A DNA stretch of 26,623 nucleotides. Origin: a virus. Its lineage: Duplodnaviria > Caudoviricetes. Each line of letters opens with the position of its first letter. Within the stretch, counting starts at the first letter, position 1. A model generated the notes under the pieces. The model was not told the DNA's origin. It did no database searches and saw only the letters and a program-made list of their open reading frames with translations. Made by a program: the position numbers and the translations under genes. This document shows positions 1-9,050 of the stretch, in pieces. The stretch covers positions 1-26,623 of IMG/VR virus record IMGVR_UViG_3300044266_000195. One strand, written 5' to 3'.

Positions 1-78
1 AGACGCAAACAACGTCGTATTAAAAATGCTCTCAGAACTAAAAACATTGACGAATTAATGAGATACGAGGAAGAATAA
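1..78 (+). CDS. 3' end of a hypothetical protein (partial)
   Basis: Frame 1 reads RRKQRRIKNALRTKNIDELMRYEEE*; its stop overlaps the next ATG (TAATG). Confidence 0.6.
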   Translation, partial: RRKQRRIKNALRTKNIDELMRYEEE

Positions 79-317
79 TGCCAACTTATAAATTCCTGAA
101 TACTAAGACAGGAGAAGAGTTTGAAGACTTCATGAGTATTTCTGCAATGGAAACTTTTCTTAAAGAAAATGAACATATACAACAACTTGTAAATGGATCA
201 CCAATGCTTGTGTCTGGTGTTTCAAAGAAACCAGACCAAGGATTTAGAGATTTGCTTAAAGATATGAAAAAGAAACATTCACAAGGTATTTCTAAATCAA
301 CAATCAACACTTTTTAA
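78..317 (+). CDS. Conserved T4-like hypothetical protein (FmdB-like N-terminus)
   Basis: MPTYKFLNTKTGEEFE start resembles small proteins typically found upstream of phoH in T4-like phages; coupled start/stop. Confidence 0.65.
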   Translation: MPTYKFLNTKTGEEFEDFMSISAMETFLKENEHIQQLVNGSPMLVSGVSKKPDQGFRDLLKDMKKKHSQGISKSTINTF

Positions 318-326
318 TAGGTACTA

Positions 327-1037
327 ATGGCATCAAGAAAAGAACGTAGGCATCCTAATCATAACGATAAGGTTGTAAATTTTAATATTAAAAAAATAGA
401 ACCTCTAACAGAAAATCAAAGAATAACATTTGATGCATATCGTGAAGGTAAAAATCTTATGCTTCATGGTATAGCAGGAACAGGAAAAAGTTTTATTTCT
501 ATGTATCTTGCTCTTGATGAAATTTTAAGAAATGATTCTAAGTATAAAAAATTAGTTATAGTTAGAAGTGTTGTACCTACAAGAGATATGGGGTTTCTTC
601 CTGGCTCTACTAAAGAAAAAGCAAGAGTTTATGAAGCCCCATATTACGCTATATGTAATGAATTGTTTGATCGAGGCGATTCGTATGAATATTTAAAAAA
701 TAAAAATACTATTGAATTTATTACTACATCTTTTATTCGTGGTGTAACATTAAATAATTGTATTATATTAGTTGATGAAATAGCCAATTGTACTTTACAC
801 GAATTAGATTCTGTTATAACTAGAATAGGAAGAAATTGTAAAATTATTTTTTGTGGTGATTTTAGACAATCTGATTTTATAAAAGATCATGATAAAAAAG
901 GATTATTAGATTTTATTAGAATTATTAAAAATATGAAATATTTCAAATTTGTAGATTTTAACGAAGAAGATATCGTTAGATCGTTTATAGTGAAAGATTA
1001 TATTATTCAAAAAGATAGGTTGAAAATTGTCTCGTAA
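327..1037 (+). CDS. phoH: PhoH family ATPase
   Basis: Walker A GIAGTGKS, MGFLPG, FIRGVTL, DEIAN, TRIG and GDFRQSD motifs. Confidence 0.95.
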   Translation: MASRKERRHPNHNDKVVNFNIKKIEPLTENQRITFDAYREGKNLMLHGIAGTGKSFISMYLALDEILRNDSKYKKLVIVRSVVPTRDMGFLPGSTKEKARVYEAPYYAICNELFDRGDSYEYLKNKNTIEFITTSFIRGVTLNNCIILVDEIANCTLHELDSVITRIGRNCKIIFCGDFRQSDFIKDHDKKGLLDFIRIIKNMKYFKFVDFNEEDIVRSFIVKDYIIQKDRLKIVS

Positions 1038-1683
1038 AATTTTTAAACATTCTTTGGTAGAACCTTTTACCTTGAGTCAACAAACGATTGATGGTAAAAG
1101 ATTTTATGTCCTACCAGAAGGAATAAAACTTAAATCTGTAACAACAGTCTTGTCTGAAAAAACAGACAAGACTGCTTTGTTTGAATGGAGGAAACGTGTT
1201 GGCAATGAAGAAGCCAATAAAATCTCTGTTCAAGCAGGACGTCGTGGTACATCTGTACATGGAATAGCAGAACGATATGTTCTCAATGAAGAAAACTATT
1301 ACAAAAAAGAAGTGCCAGCAAATATAGATTCATTTAAAAAAATAAAACCTATTATTGATAAAAATGTAGATAACATATATGGTATTGAATTGGCTCTATT
1401 TTCAAAAACTCTTAAAGCAGCAGGCAAGACAGATCTAGTTGCGCATTACAATGGTGTGCCATCAATCATAGATTTTAAAACTTCTCTTAAACTAAAAAAA
1501 GAAGAATGGATTGAAAACTATTTTCTTCAATCTACAACATATTCAATGATGTTTGAATCTTTATATAAAATTCAAATACCACAGATTGTAATAATAATAG
1601 CAGTGGATCATGAGAGCCCACAAGTGTTCGTTAAAGAAAGAAAACAATACGTTAATAAAGTGATTGAAATTTTTACAACATAA
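1027..1683 (+). CDS. PD-(D/E)XK exonuclease (T4-like exonuclease A / Cas4-like family)
   Basis: SVTTVL, RGTSVH, AGKTDLV, IIDFKTS and YFLQxxxY motifs; usual position after phoH. Confidence 0.85.
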   Translation: MSRKIFKHSLVEPFTLSQQTIDGKRFYVLPEGIKLKSVTTVLSEKTDKTALFEWRKRVGNEEANKISVQAGRRGTSVHGIAERYVLNEENYYKKEVPANIDSFKKIKPIIDKNVDNIYGIELALFSKTLKAAGKTDLVAHYNGVPSIIDFKTSLKLKKEEWIENYFLQSTTYSMMFESLYKIQIPQIVIIIAVDHESPQVFVKERKQYVNKVIEIFTT

Positions 1684-1694
1684 TTGGTGATATC

Positions 1695-2708
1695 ATGATA
1701 AATGAAGATAAATATGTAAACCTAGTTTCTCCTAATCTCAGAAACTTCAAAAAACTATCAGGTGAGTTGTATAATTTTTCATGTCCTATTTGTGGGGATT
1801 CGCAAACAAATAAAAGAAAAGCCAGAGGATATATTTACAAAAAAGATTATTCACTTCTATTTCATTGTCATAATTGTTCTACTACTTTATCATTTAAAAA
1901 TTTTCTCAAAGAAGTTGATCCAAATTTATATAAAGAATATGTCTTTGAGAATTTTAAAAATACAGATACATCAGAAGGAGTTAAAGTCTTTGCACAAAAG
2001 ATGAAGGCTCCAAAATTTTTAGATTTTGAACCTATTAAGAAACTTGTAAAGATAAGTAAGCTTAAAGATATCGATCCAGTTAGAAAATATGTTATCAAAA
2101 GAAAAATTCCATCACACTATCATTTCAAACTTTTTTCTTGTCCAAAATTTAAGAAGTTTACTAATGATATTATTTTTGGAAAGTTTTCTAAACAAGACTT
2201 GGAATATGACGAAACAAGACTGTTGATTCCATTTATTGATTCTAATAATAAAGTTCATGCATACCAAGGCCGTGCAATTGGTGAATCAAAACTAAAATAT
2301 GTTACAATTGTTTTAGATGAAAGTGTACCAAAAGTATATGGCCTTGATACAACAAATTTTACCAAAGACGTATTCGTGTTTGAAGGACCAATCGACAGTA
2401 TGTTTATTCCTAATTCTATAGCAACTGCCGGTGGGGATATTGCTTCGACAATTAATAAGTTTGATAAGTCGAATATGATCATAGTTTATGACAATGAACC
2501 AAGATCTATTCACACCAAAAAGAAAATTGACAAAGCAATCAATTTGGGTTATAGTGTTTGTTTATGGCCCGAAAATATTATGCAAAAAGATGTTAACGAT
2601 ATGGTTTTATCAGGTATGAAACCAGAAGTTATTGAGCAGTGTATTAAACAAAATACATACAAAGATTTATCAGCAAAATTAGCTTTAGCCAAATGGAGTA
2701 AAGTATGA
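1695..2708 (+). CDS. gp61: DNA primase (T4 gp61-like)
   Basis: Zinc finger CPICGDS...CHNC, YQGRA, TOPRIM FEGPIDSMF, YDNEPR and KDVNDM. Confidence 0.95.
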   Translation: MINEDKYVNLVSPNLRNFKKLSGELYNFSCPICGDSQTNKRKARGYIYKKDYSLLFHCHNCSTTLSFKNFLKEVDPNLYKEYVFENFKNTDTSEGVKVFAQKMKAPKFLDFEPIKKLVKISKLKDIDPVRKYVIKRKIPSHYHFKLFSCPKFKKFTNDIIFGKFSKQDLEYDETRLLIPFIDSNNKVHAYQGRAIGESKLKYVTIVLDESVPKVYGLDTTNFTKDVFVFEGPIDSMFIPNSIATAGGDIASTINKFDKSNMIIVYDNEPRSIHTKKKIDKAINLGYSVCLWPENIMQKDVNDMVLSGMKPEVIEQCIKQNTYKDLSAKLALAKWSKV

Positions 2709-3160
2709 CATACATAAGTGTAGACGGTAAAAAAACAAGAATAAAAAAATTTGATAAAATGACATATGATGAACATGACCCACAAAAATTCAAAGCCATA
2801 GAATATTTCAAAAAATTAAAATATAAGGCAGAAGTAAACCCCAAGAAGATGGGTGTAGACTTAATAGTTACTAAAGATAATGGAGAAGAATTTTATTGTG
2901 AAGTTGAAGTGAAGAATAATTGGAAGGGCGAAAAGTTTCCATACGAAGATGTGCAAGTCTTACTCAAAAAGAAAAAACATTTCACTTTAGATAAACCTTC
3001 CTGCCTCATGATGTTTAATCATGAAAGAACACACGCTCTATTCTTACAAGACAAAGATATTCTTTCTTCAAACGTTGAAGAAGTGTCAAACAGAATTAAT
3101 AGAGACGGTGAATTTATGTTTAAAGTGCCAGTAGAAAAAGCTGTATTTGTAAAGGTATAA
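2705..3160 (+). CDS. Putative PD-(D/E)XK restriction-endonuclease-fold protein
   Basis: GVDLIV...CEVEVK motif; start overlaps the primase stop. Confidence 0.55.
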   Translation: MTYISVDGKKTRIKKFDKMTYDEHDPQKFKAIEYFKKLKYKAEVNPKKMGVDLIVTKDNGEEFYCEVEVKNNWKGEKFPYEDVQVLLKKKKHFTLDKPSCLMMFNHERTHALFLQDKDILSSNVEEVSNRINRDGEFMFKVPVEKAVFVKV

Positions 3161-3161
3161 T

Positions 3162-3821
3162 ATGCCAGAAACTAAATTGATAGGTATTACAAAACCTGTG
3201 ATCGGTGAATTAAAGTCTACTTCTGATATGGTAGCATTTGTAGCCAGGGTATCAAACCCACAAAATCAATTCAACACACTAACAGCATCAAAACTGCTAA
3301 AATATCTTATTAAACATAAACACTGGTCACCATTTGAAATGGTCAATTTAGTTATTGAAATTACTACAACTAGAGATATAGCCAGACAAATATTAAGACA
3401 CAGATCATTTTCATTCCAAGAATTTAGTCAAAGATATGCAGACCCAACAATGTTGGGTTTTGATATGCGTGAAACTAGACTACAGGATGAAAAGAATAGA
3501 CAAAATTCTTTGGAAACAGATGATGAAAAATTAAAAAGATATTGGTCTATCAAACAAAAACAAATTATACACGAAACAGGCTTGGCTTATCAATGGGCCA
3601 TCGAAAATGGCATTGCAAAAGAACAAGCAAGAGCTATATTGCCAGAAGGATTGATTAGTTCTAGAATGTATATGAATGGAACTTTAAGATCATGGATACA
3701 CTATTGCCATCTCAGAATGGGAATTGAAACACAAAAAGAGCATAGGGAAATTGCTGAATTATGTTGGAAGATTATTACCAGAGAATTCCCTGAATTAAAA
3801 GAATTGTTAATAGAAGAATAA
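3162..3821 (+). CDS. thyX: FAD-dependent thymidylate synthase
   Basis: HWSPFE, RHRSFSFQEFSQRY signature, EQARAILP, TQKEHR. Confidence 0.97.
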   Translation: MPETKLIGITKPVIGELKSTSDMVAFVARVSNPQNQFNTLTASKLLKYLIKHKHWSPFEMVNLVIEITTTRDIARQILRHRSFSFQEFSQRYADPTMLGFDMRETRLQDEKNRQNSLETDDEKLKRYWSIKQKQIIHETGLAYQWAIENGIAKEQARAILPEGLISSRMYMNGTLRSWIHYCHLRMGIETQKEHREIAELCWKIITREFPELKELLIEE

Positions 3822-3833
3822 GTAGGAGAAAAG

Positions 3834-5723
3834 ATGGACCTTTATCAGTCTTATATTCATAAGAGTAGATATGCACGTTATTTACCAAATTTAAATCGTC
3901 GTGAACATTGGGAAGAAACTGTTAGTCGTTACATTGCATTTATGAAAAATCATCTATCCAAGAACTATAAGTTCGAGGATGCTGATCTATTTGATGAATT
4001 AAGAAAAGCTATTGTTGATATGCAAATTATGCCATCAATGAGAGCTATGATGACTGCTGGCACTGCTCTAGAAAGAGATAACACAGCTGGATATAATTGT
4101 TCTTATTTGCCAATTGATGACCCTAAAGCTTTTGACGAAGCAATGTTCATTCTCATGTGTGGTACAGGAGTAGGATTTTCAGTTGAACGTCAATACGTAA
4201 ATAAACTACCAGAAATTCCAGATAGAATTTATGAATCTGATACTGTTATTACAGTTAAAGATTCTAAAGAAGGTTGGGCTAAAGCATTGCGTATGCTTAT
4301 TGCTCTATTATATTCTGGCGAACAACCAAAATGGGATTTATCAAAACTTCGTCCAGCAGGATCACCATTAAAAACTTTTGGTGGTCGTTCATCTGGTCCT
4401 GGTCCACTAGAAGAATTGTTTAAGTTTGTTGTTATGCTTTTCAAAAAGGCACAAGGTCGTAAATTAACATCTATTGAATGTCATGATATTATGTGCAAGA
4501 TTGGTGATGTAGTTGTTGTTGGCGGTGTTCGTCGTTCGGCGATGATTTCTCTTTCCAATCTATCTGATGATCGTATGCGCAATGCCAAGTCAGGTGCTTG
4601 GTGGGAAGCAAATGGACAAAGAGCTTTGGCAAATAATTCTGCTGTTTATACAGAAAAGCCAGAGATTGGTTTGTTCATGAAAGAATGGTTATCTCTTTAT
4701 GAATCAAAATCTGGTGAAAGAGGTATTTTCTCACGAGAAGCTTCTCAAAAAGTTGCTGCCAAAAATGGTCGTCGTGATGCTGAACATGAGTTTGGTACAA
4801 ATCCTTGTTCAGAGATTATTCTCAGGCCCTATCAATTCTGTAATCTTACAGAAGTAATTGTTCGTTCAGAGGATACTGAAAAGGATTTGATTCGTAAAGT
4901 TAGACTAGCAACTATTTTAGGAACCTTTCAATCTACACTGACACATTTCCCATATCTTCGTAAAATATGGCAGAAGAATACAGAAGAAGAAAGATTGCTA
5001 GGAGTTTCTTTAACAGGTATCTATGATTGCAAATTGTTGAACAAACACAATGATTCTAGTATAGGCAAAAGATTAGAATCAATGAAAGAAATGGCCGTAG
5101 ATACTAATAAGAAATATGCAGAAGAATTAGGTATTCCTGTTTCTGCTGCTATTACTTGTGTGAAACCATCTGGTACAGTATCACAATTAACTGACACTGC
5201 TTCAGGTATTCATCCAAGGCATGATCCTTATTATTTCCGTAGAGTTCGTTCTGATAATAAAGATCCAATAACAAATCATCTCATATCTTCTGGTATTCCT
5301 TCGGAACCAGATGTTATGAAACCAGGATCAACAACTGTATTCACATTTCCTAAGAAAGCTCCGGTTGGAGCTATGATGAGGTCAGATGTTTCGGCTATTG
5401 ATCATTTAAATCTATGGTTACAATATCAACGTCATTGGTGTGAACATAAACCATCAGTAACTATTTCGGTTCAAGAACACGAATGGTTGGCAGTTGGTTC
5501 ATGGGTTTGGGAACATTTTGATGAAGTATCAGGCATTTCATTCTTACCATATGACGGTGGTACATATAGACAAGCTCCTTATGAAACTGTAACCAAAGAA
5601 CAATATGACGAATTGTTGTCAAAAATGCCAGATACAATTGATTGGACTTCATTATATGAAGGAGAAGATAATGTAGAAGGTGTACAAACACTTGCATGTA
5701 CTGCTGCTGGTTGTGAAGTATGA
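3834..5723 (+). CDS. nrdJ: Adenosylcobalamin-dependent (class II) ribonucleotide reductase, monomeric RTPR type
   Basis: YNCS, GGVRRSAMI, TNPCSEI, FCNLTEV, TCVKPSGT, WCEHKPS and C-terminal CTAAGCEV; no small subunit nearby. Confidence 0.95.
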   Translation: MDLYQSYIHKSRYARYLPNLNRREHWEETVSRYIAFMKNHLSKNYKFEDADLFDELRKAIVDMQIMPSMRAMMTAGTALERDNTAGYNCSYLPIDDPKAFDEAMFILMCGTGVGFSVERQYVNKLPEIPDRIYESDTVITVKDSKEGWAKALRMLIALLYSGEQPKWDLSKLRPAGSPLKTFGGRSSGPGPLEELFKFVVMLFKKAQGRKLTSIECHDIMCKIGDVVVVGGVRRSAMISLSNLSDDRMRNAKSGAWWEANGQRALANNSAVYTEKPEIGLFMKEWLSLYESKSGERGIFSREASQKVAAKNGRRDAEHEFGTNPCSEIILRPYQFCNLTEVIVRSEDTEKDLIRKVRLATILGTFQSTLTHFPYLRKIWQKNTEEERLLGVSLTGIYDCKLLNKHNDSSIGKRLESMKEMAVDTNKKYAEELGIPVSAAITCVKPSGTVSQLTDTASGIHPRHDPYYFRRVRSDNKDPITNHLISSGIPSEPDVMKPGSTTVFTFPKKAPVGAMMRSDVSAIDHLNLWLQYQRHWCEHKPSVTISVQEHEWLAVGSWVWEHFDEVSGISFLPYDGGTYRQAPYETVTKEQYDELLSKMPDTIDWTSLYEGEDNVEGVQTLACTAAGCEV

Positions 5724-5923
5724 TTTTAGAACTCAAAAGTCCTTTACCTTTGGAAACTCCCAAAGGTAAAGCTTTTGCATATTTTTTAATAGATTATGGA
5801 GTTGATCATGATCTTATTTGGGTATGTTTTCAAAATGATACTAGAGAATGTTGGTCATGGAGTAATAAAGATGTAAAAATTCAATACAACATAACATTAA
5901 GAGGAAATAATGGGTTGGTCTAG
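5720..5923 (+). CDS. Hypothetical phage protein
   Basis: ATGA overlap with nrdJ; part of a coupled ORF run. Confidence 0.75.
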   Translation: MILELKSPLPLETPKGKAFAYFLIDYGVDHDLIWVCFQNDTRECWSWSNKDVKIQYNITLRGNNGLV

Positions 5924-6134
5924 AGGTTCAACGATATTCGATGACATAATTGATTCTTTAATAGAAGCAGATGTAGATGATGAACAACGAAAACTCATCT
6001 ACACAAAATTAATAGAAACTTTTCAAGACTATGATTGTGATACACTTTTTGAATGTATGAAAAAAGATCCAATTTTTGATAAAGTTTTTAAAGAAATTGA
6101 AGATATAGATGATTCAACATATGAGGACGATTAA
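5910..6134 (+). CDS. Hypothetical acidic protein
   Basis: GAGG RBS; coupled ORF. Confidence 0.75.
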   Translation: MGWSRGSTIFDDIIDSLIEADVDDEQRKLIYTKLIETFQDYDCDTLFECMKKDPIFDKVFKEIEDIDDSTYEDD

Positions 6135-6352
6135 TGATACAAGATGATTTTGATCCAAATAAAATTAGTTTTGACGTGGAAGTAAATGAACTGGCATTGA
6201 GATTGACTGCTTTACAAAGAGCAAGCAAAGAAATTACAGAAACTGATTTAATTCCATCAAATAATAGATTAGATGTTCTTGCTAATTTACAAGCAGAAAT
6301 CAATCATATTAAAAAAATATTTAATGTAGTCTTCTACCAAAAGAAGAATTGA
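6134..6352 (+). CDS. Hypothetical protein
   Basis: TAATG coupling with the upstream ORF; GAGGA RBS. Confidence 0.7.
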   Translation: MIQDDFDPNKISFDVEVNELALRLTALQRASKEITETDLIPSNNRLDVLANLQAEINHIKKIFNVVFYQKKN

Positions 6353-6377
6353 CAGACCAAGATTCCTATAGTAATAT
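6349..6377 (+). promoter_or_regulatory. Sigma70-type early promoter
   Basis: TTGACA-17 nt-TAATAT with TATAG just before the -10; the same pattern occurs at 7299, 15555, 19055 and 22008. Confidence 0.6.
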
Positions 6378-6392
6378 ATTACAAATAGGAGA

Positions 6393-6860
6393 TTGGATAT
6401 GCAAAATAGTTACCCGATTGAGCCCCTGATTTTTCCGAAAATTGGGGGCACATCACGTCATGATAAGTATATGAATATGCTATCTAAGATAGCAATCGCT
6501 GTTGAACCAGTTGCACATGCTCGAATTGCTGCATGTGTGGTTTATAAGAATGAGATTATTTCTTTTGGAATCAATCAGAAGAAGTCTCATCCTTTTCAAG
6601 CGATCTATGGTACTAATAAAGAATCGATCTTTCTTCATGCAGAAACTGATGCTATCAAGAATGCATTGAAGATAATTTCGGTAAGTGAATTGACCAAAGC
6701 ATCTTTGTATATTTGTCGTGTTAAATATGAAGCCTGTAATAAGAATAAATTTATTTTTGGATTAGCTAAACCTTGTCCTGGATGTTCAAGAGCAATAGCT
6801 AATTTTGGTATAAAAAATATTTTTTATTCTATCGAAGGCGTTGGATATGATAAGTTGTGA
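6393..6860 (+). CDS. Zinc-dependent cytidine/dCMP deaminase-family protein
   Basis: HAE...PCPGC zinc motif; exact start uncertain. Confidence 0.85.
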   Translation: MDMQNSYPIEPLIFPKIGGTSRHDKYMNMLSKIAIAVEPVAHARIAACVVYKNEIISFGINQKKSHPFQAIYGTNKESIFLHAETDAIKNALKIISVSELTKASLYICRVKYEACNKNKFIFGLAKPCPGCSRAIANFGIKNIFYSIEGVGYDKL

Positions 6861-6911
6861 CTAAATAGAGTTGTTGACACGAAGTGTAACCCCTTATATA
6901 AGGAATAAAAT

Positions 6912-7292
6912 ATGAAAAAATATGTAGTATCGTTATTAACATTATGTTTTCTTGCTACTCCATCATTAGCAGAAGTTGTGACCGTTAAATCTAAGTCTGT
7001 AGTTTCAAATCATGTTTTGACGGTAGATGAAGAAAATTTTCAACTTCAATTAGCAGTTCCAGGATTTTCAAAATCGGAATTTGAAATTAAATTGAAGGGA
7101 AATCTATTGACAGTTTCTGCAACACCTGTTAAAGATAGTAGATCATTCTTCAAGAAATCTTTTACTCAACAATTTGTACTTGACAAAAATGCAGCAGTTG
7201 GTAAATTAGTTCTGGCAGATGGCATTCTATCAATTTCTATCAGTAAGCCATTACCTCCAGATCAAAAGACAAAATCTTTAAGTGTCGAATAA
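6912..7292 (+). CDS. Small heat-shock protein (Hsp20/alpha-crystallin domain) with N-terminal signal peptide
   Basis: LAVPGFSKSEFEI..., SFTQQFVL, LADGILSISI; N-terminus MKKYVVSLLTLCFLATPSLA. Confidence 0.8.
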   Translation: MKKYVVSLLTLCFLATPSLAEVVTVKSKSVVSNHVLTVDEENFQLQLAVPGFSKSEFEIKLKGNLLTVSATPVKDSRSFFKKSFTQQFVLDKNAAVGKLVLADGILSISISKPLPPDQKTKSLSVE

Positions 7293-7298
7293 TAGTAC

Positions 7299-7327
7299 TT
7301 GACTTACTAGACTAAGTATAGTACATT
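7299..7327 (+). promoter_or_regulatory. Sigma70-type promoter
   Basis: TTGACT-17 nt-TACATT. Confidence 0.5.
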
Positions 7328-7330
7328 AAG

Positions 7331-7370
7331 AATGAGCGTTGAAGGTTTTGCGTCTTCGCTCATTTTTATT
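7331..7370 (+). terminator. Stem-loop followed by U-rich tract (probable intrinsic terminator)
   Basis: AATGAGCG..GAAG / CTTC GCTCATT followed by TTTATT. Confidence 0.5.
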
Positions 7371-7373
7371 TAA

Positions 7374-7404
7374 AGACCTGTAGCTCAATGGTAAGAGCCG
7401 AGGG
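7374..7404 (+). pseudogene. 5' fragment of a tRNA gene (acceptor 5' strand plus D-arm)
   Basis: AGACCTG-TA-GCTC-AATGGTAA-GAGC; no anticodon arm or 3' half seen before the endonuclease ORF. Confidence 0.6.
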
Positions 7405-7419
7405 TTAAAGCTATGTAAA

Positions 7420-7453
7420 TATAAATACATGCAGGAGGAATTCTTGCATGTAT
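7420..7453 (+). promoter_or_regulatory. T4-type late promoter with RBS-sequestering hairpin
   Basis: TATAAATA at 7420-7427; 12-bp stem ATACATGCAGGA/TCTTGCATGTAT covers the GGAGG and the ATG. Confidence 0.75.
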
Positions 7454-7939
7454 ACTGTATATAAAATAGTTAATAAAATTAATGGTAAATATTATATCGG
7501 AGTTCATAAAACTGACGATCCAATGGATAGTTATTTTGGTTCCGGTAAAGCAATTAAACAGGCCATTGAAAAATATGGAATAGAAAATTTTACCAAAGAA
7601 ATATTACATATAACTGAGGATAAAACCGACGCATACAATTTAGAAAATAAATTGACGGAAGATTATATTACAAATAAAACATATAATCAGAAGCAAGGCG
7701 GAATTGGTGGTTTTTCTAAAGAAAATGCTTGGAAAGGTTTTATAGCAAAGAGTAGAAAAGGTGGAAATTCTGCTGTTAAAAAAGGTTATGGTTTTGGTGG
7801 ACACAATCAAAAAGATCCTAAAGAATGCGGCCGTAAAGGTGGTCTCAATAATAAAGGGAAACCGAAATCCGAAGAACACAAAAAAGCTCTAAGAGAATCT
7901 TGGAGAATTAAGAAATTGCAAACGTCGTCTAACGGTTAA
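7448..7939 (+). CDS. GIY-YIG homing endonuclease (Seg-like, free-standing)
   Basis: VYKIVNKINGKYYIG, YFGSG, KYGIENFTKEIL, YN..GG; NUMOD3-like KSEEHKKALRES tail. Confidence 0.9.
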   Translation: MYTVYKIVNKINGKYYIGVHKTDDPMDSYFGSGKAIKQAIEKYGIENFTKEILHITEDKTDAYNLENKLTEDYITNKTYNQKQGGIGGFSKENAWKGFIAKSRKGGNSAVKKGYGFGGHNQKDPKECGRKGGLNNKGKPKSEEHKKALRESWRIKKLQTSSNG

Positions 7940-7993
7940 GGCCCCCAGCTCATAACTGGTTCAATATAGGTTCGAATCCTATCGTTTGCACCA
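7918..7993 (+). tRNA. tRNA with CAT anticodon (Met or Ile2)
   Basis: Acceptor GCAAACG/CGTTTGC, loop CTCATAA, TTCGAAT T-loop, ACCA end; overlaps the endonuclease stop codon. Confidence 0.9.
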
Positions 7994-8023
7994 AACTTTA
8001 TTATAATGTCAATGGAGAAATAA

Positions 8024-8428
8024 ATGAGTTTCAAACAAGATACCAAAGATGCTTTTTCTTTTGCTTGGATTATTTTAGCTTTTGGTGCAGTCTTAGTAGT
8101 AGGAACATTGATACTATCGATTTTGTTCTCACCTCTAGGTGTACTACAAAAAACATTTGAACCTAATAATATTATTCACACTTATGAGTGGTTCCATGAT
8201 GCTAATGGTGCAGTGAATGCCCGAGTAGCACAGATCAAATCTCACAAGAAAATTGTTTCTGATACTACAGATGCAGCAGAGCTATCTAGACTAAGAATTG
8301 AGTTGACAGCAATGCAACAAGCCTGTAGAGATCTAACTAACAAGTATAACGCCAATGCTGATAAGGCCAATCGTTCTATCTTTCAGCGAGGTGTTCCTGA
8401 TAAACTATCAACCAGTCAATGTGAATAA
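8024..8428 (+). CDS. Membrane-anchored hypothetical protein
   Basis: GGAG RBS; N-terminal transmembrane segment followed by a helical region. Confidence 0.8.
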   Translation: MSFKQDTKDAFSFAWIILAFGAVLVVGTLILSILFSPLGVLQKTFEPNNIIHTYEWFHDANGAVNARVAQIKSHKKIVSDTTDAAELSRLRIELTAMQQACRDLTNKYNANADKANRSIFQRGVPDKLSTSQCE

Positions 8429-8440
8429 AGGATTATTGTT

Positions 8441-8947
8441 ATGAAATCTAACATTATGATTACATGCAGTGTTGTTGCTCTTATGCTTACTGGATGTATT
8501 GAACAAGCACCTACAAATAAAACAGAACAGGCTAAAAAAGCAGCAGATGCTGCTAACTCAATTAAGTTCAATGAGAACGCAGAAATTGATAATATCAAAC
8601 GTCGATTGGAGTTGACATCCAATCCTGGACAACTAGGTTTTATCATTCTTCTAAATGAAATGGGTCAACCTGTCCTATATACTTCGGTTAAGGGAAAGGT
8701 TACATCAGGTTCTAAGCGCCTAACACAACCTGATCGAGCTTCTTCTTCATGGGGAGGCGGTAATAATACAGTAGTTAGAGCCGCTGCTTCTGATGAAGGA
8801 ACATGGGGTTCATCTGGTGAATATATTTTCTTTTGGACAGCTAACGATGAATATATCCAATGGAATGGAAAATATATGTATTCAGATAAACCATTTCGTC
8901 TAAAAACTGAACCTATTGCTGTTTTGGCAGTAGAACCTCGTAAATAA
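8441..8947 (+). CDS. Putative lipoprotein
   Basis: Signal peptide ending in the lipobox LTGC. Confidence 0.8.
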   Translation: MKSNIMITCSVVALMLTGCIEQAPTNKTEQAKKAADAANSIKFNENAEIDNIKRRLELTSNPGQLGFIILLNEMGQPVLYTSVKGKVTSGSKRLTQPDRASSSWGGGNNTVVRAAASDEGTWGSSGEYIFFWTANDEYIQWNGKYMYSDKPFRLKTEPIAVLAVEPRK

Positions 8948-8956
8948 GGAGACTTA

Positions 8957-9046
8957 ATGCCGCATCCACATAAGAACAGGCCCAGAACTGGCCGTAGAAA
9001 AATTGGTTCTAAAAAAAGACGTGCTAGGAAAATGAGAAAGAAGTAA
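8957..9046 (+). CDS. Small, extremely basic peptide (29 aa)
   Basis: AGGAG RBS, ATG at 8957; MPHPHKNRPRTGRRKIGSKKRRARKMRKK* fills the gap between flanking genes. Confidence 0.7.
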   Translation: MPHPHKNRPRTGRRKIGSKKRRARKMRKK

Positions 9047-9050
9047 AACA

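Noticed and set aside
1027-1683. Cas4 as part of a CRISPR-Cas locus
   Set aside because: Lacks the Fe-S cysteines and sits in the usual phoH-exonuclease-primase context.
7374-7993. Group I intron splitting a tRNA and encoding the endonuclease
   Set aside because: No room for an intron core, no matching 3' exon, and the downstream tRNA is complete with a different acceptor stem.
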